Source: Azolla caroliniana (taxonomy: Eukaryota; Plantae; Polypodiophyta). Taken from it: 64,000 nt of DNA. Numbering within the stretch: position 1 is the first letter of the stretch; the number at the start of each line of letters is the position of its first letter. The notes below the pieces were generated by a model. That model did not search any database, was not told where the DNA came from, and saw only the letters and a list, made by a program, of their open reading frames with translations. This document shows positions 1 to 11,922 of this stretch, piece after piece. The translations under genes were made by a program, and so were the position numbers. The stretch covers positions 9,486,001-9,550,000 of the forward strand of contig JBHGNT010000011.1 of assembly GCA_043228905.1 (NCBI GenBank), written 5' to 3'.

Positions 1-764
1 GATGACGAATAAACCCGCATGCCAAGTTCTCCTCTATGTAGGCTCGAAGGACTTCTAACTCGGTGGGTGACAAGTTGTAAATTGGTCCCCATGGTGGCTT
101 TGCTCCTGGCTATAAATCGATGGGACAATCATAGGGACGATGATGAGAAAGAGTACCGGCTTTTACCTTGTCAAACACATCGGTATAAGGATGATATTTC
201 GTTGGAAGTTGCATTATGGATTCCTCCTTAATAGTGGTGGAAGGATGTACTGACATTGCAAATAGGAACATTGCCTCCTTGTGTCCTTCTTTGCGTAATT
301 GACGTAGTGAAATGGTCGAAACTCTATGAGTAGATTCTTGGGGTTGTCGATGTCGGACTTCTCTTATTCTCCAATCTATGTCTGGATTATGTAATTCAAA
401 CCAAGGTAATCCCAGGACAATGGGATGCTCTGGACTACTAATTATATTAAATACTACTACACACACAAAACTACCTAGGACAACTTGAATGGGTTCTGAC
501 TCTTCTACAATATTGCCGGAAGCAATGGGATGACCATCAATGACTACTACAGATGCGGGGCAAGGAAGTTTTCTTAAGGATATCGGAGAAGCTTGGGCAA
601 AATTTCAATCCATGAAACAGGAATTAGCTCCGGAATCTAGAAGTGCTAGGACGTGTACTGGGGGAGTACTTTTAGTTCTAACCATGACTTGGAGGGAATG
701 GAACCACTAATGGGTTGTACAGATCTAGGGCTGTCCAACCAAACGACTCCTATTTTGGATGGAC

Positions 765-1136
765 TTAATCATTTAACTCTTCATCTAATTGACTAAGGAT
801 TTCAAATTTGTTTAAGATACTTGGGCTATTAGTACTATTAATATTATCAGACACTCTATTAGTACTATTAATACTATCAGACACTCCTAAGGGAAGAATT
901 GACTCGGGTTTAGTATAGGCTACGATTTGATTTACCTGTCTTTTTGCCCTATTGGGACAATTGATTGCGATATGCCTTGGTCCACCGCAATAAAGACATA
1001 ATCGATTTCCACATCGTCGTTGCTTTTCATCTTTCGATAACGGGCCACGTCGACGCATGGTGTCGATCTCCATCGGTGTCAGGGTTTAGGGTTCGGAGAA
1101 AACGGATTGGTACTCTTGGGCGCTAACAGAAGCCAT
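765..1136 (-). pseudogene. gag: Truncated gag of A (N-terminus joined directly to Zn-knuckle C-terminus)
   Basis: ATG at 1136 (MASVSAQEY, cf. MAAGNAQEY in E) then TLTPMEID and a CCHC knuckle; capsid region seen in E is missing. Confidence 0.8.
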
Positions 1137-1314
1137 TGTATAGAAAAAGGATAAGAGGATGAGGAAAACCAAACGAAATACTAGAGGAAAAAATTGGTTC
1201 AAAATGTCACGAATAGTACTAAAACAGAGAGAGAATTAGTACTAGAGAAGGGAAGTACTATTACTACTAAGAGGACAGGACTGCGTAAGGCTCCCGAGAG
1301 GGAGGAAAGAGAAG

Positions 1315-1319
<5 letters not shown>

Positions 1320-1370
<51 letters not shown>
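1320..1370. repeat. (GA)n microsatellite in LTR A
   Basis: ~25 perfect GA units. Confidence 0.95.
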
Positions 1371-1373
<3 letters not shown>

Positions 1374-1690
1374 TGAGGACGACAGAGAGAGAGATGATGA
1401 TAACAGACGATATATTATAGGAAGAGTAAGTACAAGATGGCTATGAGGCTTAAGACTGGCGTTGAACCAATTTGGTTCAAAATAATGCCTAGTGCCTTCT
1501 TTTATAGTGTTCTCAAGAGTAATCCTGAAGCTTCTAGAATGTTCCAGAGAAATCTAGAATATACATTAATTTCCTATAACAAAACTTAAATGAAAATAAT
1601 ATCCTACGTATTACAATAGATGGTATAATGGTCAAGAGCTCGACCCATATAACATAAGTTCATGGGTTCGAGTTTTGCTATATCATGACA

Positions 1691-4600
1691 GTATCAATAG
1701 AAATTCCCAATGAATGAATCACCCCGTTGATGTATTGTACTCTTCCATCAGCCAAGTGCACTGTATAGGTGTGATCACTTACAGTGGGTTGGATTCCCCA
1801 TATCTGAGCCAAACGATCATTCACAAAATTGTGTGAGCTTCCCGAATCAAACAAAAATTGTACATGAGATCCTTTGATATACCCGTTTGCACGTAGTAAA
1901 TCATTGGGACCCAATACATAGTGAGGGAAAGACAATTGACAATTACTTAACTGATGTGTATAGACCTGAAGGATATTAGGAATCTAACCTTTATGGTCTG
2001 TAGGTTTAGCTTTGCTCTCGTGCTCTTTCCGTTGGAGCTTTCTACATTGCTCTTTTGTACGACCCTTCTTTTTGCAAAATACGCAAAAAGATGTTGTCGC
2101 TTACAATCGCGATCCATGAATTCGTTGGGTGTCTTGCGTTTCCCAACGAATTGCGACTACTTAGTCTCGGGCGCTTCGTTGGGTTTGTTGTGGTCCTTCT
2201 TCGAAGTGCATTGATAGCGAAGAAATATTTCAACAGCCTCTTCGAAGGATTTTGGATCCTTATCGTGCACTATCCAATGATAGTCGGAATTGGGGATGTC
2301 ATTGACAAAACAAGCTATTAACCAATTGTCCCCTTCTAGACCCGATTTTTGGATTTGGGTTCGAGCATGGTAGACATAGTCTTCTAGCAAGGAAAACTTC
2401 CTGCTAGAGAGGTTCATTAAAGCTTGAGCTTCCTCGGTTCGAGAGGGAGGTTGCAGAAAATGGCCCTTGAAAACTGTGACAAAATCTGTCCAGGTATCGG
2501 GCAATTTCCCCGAAGTATGGAGCCCATGCCACCACGTGGCAGCCTTACCCCCTAGTTCTCGGCTGACATATGCAATCTTCATACTATTTGGCGTGGGATA
2601 GAGCTCAAAATGAGACTCCCATTGGCCTAGCCACGTGCAGATTGCTTCTTCGGTATTCTTTCTCCCGTAAATGGCTTAACGACAAACGATGGTTCACCCT
2701 GTAGCTCATCACGTCTATTAGTCTCACGTTGTAAACTAATGACACGTGCCTCGAGAGCACTTTGAGATTGCCAAAGTTCAGTCATCTGTTGAGCGGTGAA
2801 ACTAAGGTATAGGGTTATTTGTGAAAAGTACATCTCAATGGACATTTGTCCAGGAGGATTCCCTTGAGTTCCTTTCGCTTGAGCAGATGACATCGGGTCG
2901 TTATTTTGAGCCATTAAATGATTATTTCTGGCAAAGAAATAGGATAAGGTCAGACAAATAGTCATAACATCATGTCATGATGTAAACATATCATGGGTAA
3001 ACATTAATCGATATCATGACCTAACATCAATACCCCTCTAGACGTATGAGATGAGGTTCAAGATCAGGTTACTATGGTAACACAAAGGTGTTTTAAAAAC
3101 CATGGGGGTGACAAATTAATGTCTTTCCCTGATCTCTATATCGATTTTTTCATGGCGGCTCCCCGAGGCTCAACCATGTATGTTCGCGTCATGAGTAGTT
3201 TATACACGAAAAAAATGTTAACAATAAACTATGTTTCTGTGCCCACATATGTGGTTTTGGCTCTTTAAGTCCTATTACGAGGACCCCGAAATGCACTTAG
3301 ACCTCAAGTCTAAACATGTGTTATAGTGATATGTATCAACAATGTTGTATGGTCTTGGTCATATTTGAACTTGAGACCTCGAGAACAAATGCATTAAACA
3401 CTTGAGCCAAACAAGTAGGTTGCTCTTCTTGAATGTTTAATGCTTCATACGTATAAGAGATATGTGAGGCATTTGCCCATATATGTTTTTTTAAAAGAAA
3501 CATATATGTCAAGAGTCCTTATTTCCCCCTCGTTTACTACAAAATATGTTGGTATGTTACCTAACCTCAAGTCTCATAATTACGATGGCATACGCCAAAG
3601 TGCAACCTAATGGTCAAGCCAAATGAGCCCTGTTTTCGTAGTAGGCCCACGTGGCCCATCACATGGTTACGTCATTACGAATGCCTCTCATAAGAATGAT
3701 CTCATGGTGGCATCGTATCCATGTAATGAGGGAGGGAGGTTGGATATGTGTGTCATAAGAGCGACCTCATATGAAGTGGGTTAAGCCTTACGTACTCAAC
3801 ATTATTGTGGCTATGATTGTTTCATTACGTAACGAAATATGGAAGTGACCAACGGGGATGTCAACAAAAAATTGTGGAAATAGGGATGGTGAAAACGCCA
3901 TTCTCACAAAAATGTGAGGACGGCCACCAAGATCCTTTTCTCGACAAGGACAACATTCGATAGAAGTCACCTAATATCAAATATACACATATGTTTACTT
4001 ATCACATATATACGATCAAATACGTATACACGTGACCACATATTCCTATATTAAAAAAAATCGTAACATCAAATAGCCAACATATGATGAAATCGAGATA
4101 CGTAATCGACGCATGTAGCCTCTACGCACACAAAACATCCAAAAATAAGGGACGCGTATCATTTACAACGAAATCGAGGTATTGAGCCCATACGCATACG
4201 TAACATATGTATGTGAGCGTAATACGTAATTGAGGTATTAACCTCGTACGCATATGACACTAATCACATATTAAATATATGTCAAATGAGGTATTGACCT
4301 CATACACATATGTAAACGTTTTATACAACCAATTAATTACCACAACATCATTGAATTAATGAAAACAATTACATATAGACTATACACATGATTAGATGGG
4401 AGAAGAAAAAATAGAAAAAAAATAACGAAAGAGTTACCGAAGTTCCTTTGTGGATCGTTGTTTGGATCAACGCCGACCACACATCGATTGATCACCGTCA
4501 ATCAACAAAACAAAAGACAACAAAAGAAACATTAGCGCATTAGCTCGGATACCAACTGTTAGAGACATGAACTAATGTAAGCATTAGATAAGGATAGAAT

Positions 4601-4984
4601 ATAGATAGATAGGTAGAATGGAGAGAGAGAAAGAAGGGTGCCGATCCACCCGACCACCCCCCAACAAAGGGATCCATACCACCGACGTGGCTTCGAGTCG
4701 TACCTAGTGCTGGTGCGCTCGCTACAAGAGTTGACCCACCACAAGATAGAGTGTCGACGTAGTCAACAAGATGATGAAATGAGGGTAGCTAGGCCTCTTA
4801 TTTATAGCAATAACGAAGGCCCCCAAGCAAGTTCACACTTGACCTAATGGGTTGACTCAATCCTGAGGATTAAAAGTAATCCTCCCCTTCTTTACACTCT
4901 CGTTTAACCCTCACACTTATCCATGTTTATAGAATACTACGGTAAATTCTCACCACGGGATATTATATGGTCATGCCCGTAACA
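1691..4984 (-). mobile_element. Ty3/gypsy element B1 (same family as B2): 5' LTR 4557-4984, tRNA-Met PBS, long 5' UTR, degenerate gag-PR
   Basis: LTR TGTT...AACA; PBS TGGTATCCGAGC at 4543-4554; gag fragments 2627-2965 and 2157-2582; protease FLFDSGSSHNF; closely similar to 15071-19741. Confidence 0.92.
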
Positions 4985-5581
4985 GGTGGGTGCACTTGTT
5001 GACGCACCTGCGTGGTTCTCCTCTACAAGGAGCATCGACTGTAAGTCGAAAAATGATGGCGTATTCTCCCTTGTACATACCACCGTTCGGAACGCTCTGA
5101 ACTTAGACGCTAGGCCCCCAAGACAGATCTGCACCATCTCATCTTCTGCTATAGTGATGTTGATAGAGGCAAGTGAGTCACAGATCTCTTTGATTCGGGC
5201 CGTGCAATCGGCTACCAACATGTCTTTCTGTTGGACATTGCTCAACTCCTGTCGGAGTTGCAACTTATGGGTCGTAGTGCTTGCCACGAAAACCTTCTTC
5301 AGGTTTCCCCAAGCTTCTTTTGGCATCTTGGCCTCTCGAACATGGCTTAGCAGTTGGTCTCCGACACTAGATACAAAGCAGTACATCACTCTGCTTGCCG
5401 CTTGTTCCCACAATGGGAAATCCTTGTGTGCCGCATCAGGTGTTGTGCCGTTAGCTCCGTCGACATAGCTCCAGTATTCATGCCCAAGCAGGTACTGGTG
5501 CATCTTGTATGACCAAGATGCATAGTTGGATCTGTCGAGCTTCTCCACCGAGAGCGAGCTAGCCATTCCTCTGTCCATCAC
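4985..5581 (-). pseudogene. gag: Copia gag N-terminal part (UBN2-type), interrupted by B1
   Basis: LDRSNYASWSYKMHQYLLGHEYWSYVDG and KLQLRQELSNVQQ motifs. Confidence 0.85.
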
Positions 5582-6076
5582 TTCTCTTTCTGTTCTTACC
5601 GAGTCTTAGGGTTTGTCTTTAGATGCTGATGTCGGCTGCAGAGGTTCTCAACCCTAGCGCTTTGATACCATGTAAAAAGAATAGCGTGCGGAAGCAATAG
5701 AAAACCGAACACAGAAATGCAGGTTTAATGGAGAGCTTGAATATACACAGTACACGAGAGAGATAGAGAAAGAGCAGAACTTAAATCTATTATCAACAAC
5801 TCTATAAAATTCTTTGTACATACAACGTGCTCAACAACACTATATATACAAGTCTTAAGAGGACTGACAGAACTACGGTGTACTTCAATGCTCACACGAG
5901 CGTCTGACACTAACTACGAGACATTAACTACCTAGTAGTCTAGGCTGCTACTAGGCTTCCAGTTACTGCTAGATCTGGCTAACCGGCTCCCCAGCTCATC
6001 GGCTCATCCGACCGGATGCCGATCCGGCTTAGGCTTATTCAACCGATCCAGATCCGGTTGAGCTTGCTGCCAAACA
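4985..6076 (-). mobile_element. Ty1/copia element C, 5' part: LTR 5671-6076, Met PBS, gag
   Basis: PBS TGGTATCAAAGC at 5659-5670; copia gag (EKLDRSNYASWSYKM...) 4985-5581, cut by B1; LTR ends where the copia D RNase H frame resumes. Confidence 0.88.
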
Positions 6077-7514
6077 AATCGTCGGTCCACTTCCGATTAC
6101 ATGTTCTCTCTAGGTAGCGCGACTGTTGCGTGGAGTGGCAAAAAGCAGCCGACTATTGCTGTATCGAGCACTAAGGCCGAGTATCAGGGCGCTACCATTG
6201 CCACCTGTGAAGCCATATGGCTTCGACAGTTGCTGTAGGACCTCCGAATCAAAGTCCCGACTCTGATCCCGATCTAATGCGACAACATGAGCATCATGCA
6301 ACTAGTCAACAGCCCCATGTTCCATGCTCATACGAAGCATATAGAAGTGCATTAACACTTTGTGTGCAAGTGGGTCCTCACCGATGAAGTCGAACTCTGG
6401 TATGTCCGGATAGATCGGTAGGTTGCCCACATCTTCACAAATGCACTTCGAACTGACAAGTTGCAACATTTTTCGAAGATGCTTGGTCTTCAACATCTCG
6501 CCATGCAGCAGTTGAGGGGGAGAACCGATACTGGTATGGGGAAAACTAGAACAGAAACCGGTAAGGCATGTAATGGCATTGGACAAGGAGCCGGAGAGAA
6601 GGAAACCGAAACAGGGGGAGCCAAGGGCGAAAATGTAGCCAAATCTGAGCAAGTTGGAACAAGCGGCGACGGTGATAGAGTCAAGAAGGACAGAGTCGAC
6701 CAGAAGGAGAAGACTAAGACCTGGACGTGGTTCGATTAGGTAAAGGGCCTGAAGATTGAGGATGAATTGGAGACAACCAATTTGGACAAGAGCTGGAACG
6801 AATTGGAGTCACCCGATTCGGAAGGCGTGTTTGATTCGGAGGAGCCAGATCAACTGAAGGCCAAACGAATGAGGACGCAGTGGAAGTCAACACCAACACA
6901 AAGGATCTGAAGGGTCGAAACGCGCCGGAGTCGCAACAACGAAAGAGTTGAGATGGGCCTTATGAGCATACAAGCCGACCAAGAAGGGTCGTGGGAGGCG
7001 GAAACAGATGGTTTGAGGAGCGCGAACAAGGCAAGAAGACGACAGAAGAAGCCAACTACAAGGCTCGGCAAACACTAACACAACGATCTGACCTCAAGTT
7101 GAGCTTGAGGGGGAGTGTTGAGCGGACAAACTCAATCGGAGCCGGATCGATATCCAGAACGGAGAACCGGATAGGTATCCCGAACTAAGAGCCGGATCAG
7201 AGAGACTAATCGGATTGTAACCAATAGGCCGTTAGAGGCCTATGGATCTAGCCTACTACGTAGGTATATTCCTTGGAGTTAGTGTTAGTCGCTCGTATGA
7301 GCATTGAAGTACATGTCAGTTCTTTTAAGGATTGTATAAAAAGTGTTATGTAGGACATTCGTATATACAATGTTATTATTTTGAATTGTTTTTCTATTCT
7401 GCTCTCTCTGTCTCTTCCATGTATTCAAGCTTCCATTAAACCTTGTTTTCTGTTTTCTGTTGCTATCCGGGTAAGCCGGTTTCATCTACAAGCTTCCGCA
7501 TATTAATCTTTACA
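6077..7514 (+). mobile_element. Ty1/copia element D, 3' part: degenerate RNase H, ~600-bp extra 3' region, PPT, 3' LTR 7116-7514
   Basis: Frame reads RRSTSDYMFSLGSATVAWSGKKQPTIAVSSTKAEY...CDNMS...HTKHIEVH with stops; PPT TTGAGGGGGAG before TGTTG; LTR resembles the reverse complement of LTR C. Confidence 0.85.
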
Positions 7515-7689
7515 CAAAACTATATGATTGCATATGAGTTCATCAAAAGGGGTTTAAATTAATTAGTGAGATACAAAAAATATATATAAGGGTATTAATA
7601 AATATTTGAAAATATATTTACATAAGGGTATTATCAATTATGCTGGAAAAAAAAGTTACATTAGCCCATTAAATATTAGATATTTCAAT

Positions 7690-8414
7690 TAGATAGTAAA
7701 GTATATATTATGCAAACAATACTCAAATTTGTAGTAGCATATATAAATACATACATACATATACATGCATGCATGCATGCATATATACCTACATTCAAAC
7801 ATTACATCCATGAATATGTATATACATACATTACACCCATTTATACATGCATACTGACTAAACATAAATATATGTACAAATATATATCACCATATGTAAA
7901 TATGTACATACACATGCATACACATTAGAATCGATCATATATATTGACATACATATATACATAATACATACATAAAATTAATTACATATTACATATATAC
8001 ATAAACATTCCTACAAACATATTTTATATATTACATATTACACACATATATTATTATACACACAATTATATACAAATGCAAATATACATACAAAACACAC
8101 AAAAATAAATTACGTATTTATATATACACATACACATACACATTAATACCTAAGATTACATATTATATGTATACAAATCTTCATACTTACAAACAAATTA
8201 CATATATTAGATATATATACACGTGCACACACACATAAATAAATTAGATATTACATAGCGTATAATCCATACCTATTACACAATATACAAATTTACTCAT
8301 ACATAAATTATATATATACATACATAGATATATTACATATGTACATACATATTCCACATATCACCATATATATAGATTATACTAGACCATACAAACCACA
8401 ATACTTACATATGT

Positions 8415-8457
<43 letters not shown>

Positions 8458-9150
8458 ATATATATGTATACTTACACATACATTGGATATATTCATGCAT
8501 ATTACGTACATATTACAAACATTCATCCATATACAAGCCATATACATACTAAACATGAAAATATCCCAACAATATAAATACATAAATACATTACATATAT
8601 ACACATTCATACATTTACATACATATGACCAAATACACACACATATACATACATTGGATATATACATACATATTATGCACATATGTATTACAAACACATT
8701 CGTACTCATCGAATCATGTATATTGACATATACATATATGCATACACATACATACATACATATGTACATACATATTCCACATATCACCATATATATATAT
8801 GTACATATGCCTACAATGTTATAAGTTTTACAAACATACATCCATACACATATATACATATATTACATACATGCATACACATAAATATGTTACATACACA
8901 TATGTACATACATATCATCACAAACTACAATACATACATATATACATACGCATACATAAATATTACGAACAAACATCCACACACTCATGTATGCATATAT
9001 GCATACACTGACTGTTACACATACAAACATACATATATTACATATGACATATATACACATATGTACATTCCTGCATGTACATACATACATTGCATATGCA
9101 TATATTACAATCACACATTCATATACATTGACATTTGGATATATGCATAC

Positions 9151-9202
<52 letters not shown>

Positions 9203-9392
9203 ACTTACTTACTTACTTACATACATACATTACATATGGATATATGTATACACAACATACATTACATATGGATATATGCATACACAGACATACATTACAT
9301 ATGCATACACATATGTACATTCGTACGTGGACATAACTATTTCGTTTGCACATTGTTACATATACATACATTAGATATATACATAAATATTA
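7690..9392. repeat. Low-complexity TA/CA-rich satellite-like DNA
   Basis: Degenerate ATAC/ACAC/ATAT runs, (CA)n tracts, recurring ATATGGATATATGCATACAC motif. Confidence 0.9.
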
Positions 9393-9553
9393 GGGAAAAG
9401 TACCAGGATACCCCTGGAAGTTTGTTTATTTACCAGAATGCCCCTGGAAGTTTCAAATTTACCAAACTACCCCTATCTCCAAAAAAATACACTTTATAAA
9501 GTAATTATACACTCAAATCTACAAGCCCTATTTACCAAAATACCCTTAAACCT
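9393..9553 (+). repeat. MULE left TIR
   Basis: Reverse complement of 49186-49345; internal CCCCTGGAAGTT repeats. Confidence 0.92.
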
Positions 9554-10201
9554 AAACTTATTTACCATAATGCTATTATATGCCTATTTTGACCAATTTA
9601 TACCACTTTTATTTTTCAAAATACATCATAAATCAAACAAAATTATCAAAATTATATTATATATCAAAAATTTCAATTGAAAAGTTGCCTTCAAATCCAA
9701 TTCTATGAATTTACACCGAGTTATATTGGCTTAATCCCATAAAACCGAAATTTGTGATTGAAATGACCAGAATGTAATCTTAAAACCAAAACATTTGATC
9801 ACACACCAAATTTTACCATTGTGATGCCATTTTGAAGCCAAATTCCATGAATTTGCGGATTCACAAACAATTTGTAGCCAAAATGTTAAACCAAATCTCA
9901 TGAAAAACTTTGCTACGAAAATGTCATTTTAAACGAAATCTCACATAACACTTTTCTATTAAAATGCCATCTTAAACCAAATTTCATGATATACACTAAA
10001 TTTTGTTAGCAAAATGCAATCACCACTAAATCTCCCCAATCTAATCAAATTTAAAAATGATTGCAAACCAAAATTAATTATCGAAATGTAATAATTGCAT
10101 GTTGATTTTGATCCGTCTACAAAAAGTGTAATTCCAAAAATGTCCACAAAATCAAATATATCTATTGACTCAACAAAATATCTAATAATGCATAATCGTC
10201 A

Positions 10202-11439
10202 CTAAATTGGGGCTCTACAACTGCGAGCATTGTGTCCTTTCCCACGGCACCTTCCACAACGATGTTCTTTCTTCTTTGCGCCTTCTTCTATTGTGCCTAT
10301 ACGTTTAGTTTTTGGACGTCCAGGAGGTCTTCGTGTGGCTGGTGGTAACATGCCTCCAACAATATTATCATACGTAACAACAAGAGGAAATATTGGCTCC
10401 TTGTAAGTATCACAATATAATTGCAACAAATATGCCTTGTGTGCAAAAGATTGAACTCTTTCTTTTTGAAACAAAATAGCAGCCGCTACATGTGCACAAG
10501 GTAACCCCATATCCTACCATTAGCCACAAGTACATATCTTATTATCCACATAAACAATCCTAACATGTTTCGGAGTATGGATCTCAAAAACATCATTAGT
10601 AGATGGCAAAATACGATATAGTCTTCCACGTTGTATGGATTCTCTAATAAATTTCTCTACATGTCCAACCAATGCATCATGTGTTATCTCTCCATTAACC
10701 AATCCAATATGTGCTTTAGAAGTTTCTCCATTAACCCTCCTTTCATAAAACCATGACATTATCTTCTCGCGTATCAATTCCATCATCCCTAGAATAGGCA
10801 TAGCTCTAGTCTCTAACAACCATGCATTTAGGGACTTGGCAATGTTAGATGTCAAGTGTCCAAACCTTTTCCCTAAAAACTTACATGTAGCCCAATGTGA
10901 GGGGTCGGCAGTGCTCATTAGCCATTCAGCTGCATTACTATTTAAAGTGCGTATTTCTCCAATGATAACATCAAAGTCTTGAGTATTAGTTGTATTTGCC
11001 GCTTTCCACAACATCCCCAATAGTTTACTGCTTTTAAAAGCTTTTCTGAAATTGTGTGATAGATGGTGCATGCAATATCCATGTGATGTATCATTGCCAA
11101 ACACCAGCATGACACCATCCACTAAACCCTTTTGTCTATCTGAAATAAACGTTAGTGGATCTGTGTGTCGAAGAACATCCTTTAAACATTGAAGAAACCA
11201 ACACCAATTATCATCATTCTCTGCTATTACTACACCAAATGCAATCGGAAACAAAGCACCTTGTGCATCAATGGTAGTAGCGGTGAGAAGGATTCCTAGA
11301 TATTTTCCTTTCAAATGAGTTCCATCTAGACCAATTATTGGTCTACAATGCATTAAACCATTTATGCTTGCATTGTAAGCAATGAATATGTGAAGAAAGC
11401 GACCTTTAATTGTTTCTTGAACATATGCCACACTACCAA
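10202..11439 (-). pseudogene. mudrA: MuDRA-like transposase, C-terminal part (DDE, SWIM, CCHC)
   Basis: IGLDGTHLKGKY, FISDRQKGL, YCMHHL, CTCG...GLPCAH (SWIM), CGRCRGKGHNARSC; stops near 10515. Confidence 0.93.
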
Positions 11440-11922
11440 CATTAGAGATCTAGTTACTAAAGTAAGCTTAAGATAAGGATAAACTAATGATAGATAGAAA
11501 GGAGAAAGAGAAAGAAGGGTGTTGATCCACCCAACCACCCCCGAGCAAAGGGATCGAAACGGACTCGAGCCTCGATCGGCGTCCTATACCACCGTCGTGG
11601 CGTCAAGTTGTACCTAGTGCTGGCGCGCTCGCTACAAGAGTTGGCCCACCACAAGAGCAGAGTCTCGATTTAGTCAAAAGATGCTCAAATGAGGATAGCT
11701 AGGCCTCTTATTTATAGCGATACCCAAAGCCCCCAGGCAAGTTCACACTTGACCTAATGGGTTGTCTCAATCCCGAGGATTAAAAGTAATCCTCCCCTTC
11801 TTTACACTCTCGTTTAACCCTCACACTTATCCATGTGTATAGAATACTACGGTAAATTCTCACCACGGGATATTAAATGGTCATGCCCGTAACATACTCC
11901 CCTTCTTTAAAACATTGCACTC

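Larger units (their letters stand above)
1..1690 (-). mobile_element. Ty3/gypsy element A (Tcn1-like, related to E): 5' LTR 1205-1690, internally deleted gag, protease; continues left of window
   Basis: LTR TGTCA(1205)...TGACA(1690); Zn knuckle CLYCGGPRHIAINC; protease LDSGANSCF; LGLPWFELHNPDIDW and HRPYDCPIDL pre-RT motifs; interrupts the B1 protease at 1691. Confidence 0.9.

Noticed and set aside
5671-7514. Inverted similar LTRs suggesting a DIRS-like or foldback element
   Set aside because: Explained by copia C inserted in opposite orientation into related copia D; the RNase H frame resumes at 6077.
7710-9499. His/Tyr/Ile/Cys-Val-rich ORFs (also 49389-51149)
   Set aside because: Translation artefacts of TA/CA low-complexity DNA; no domain structure.
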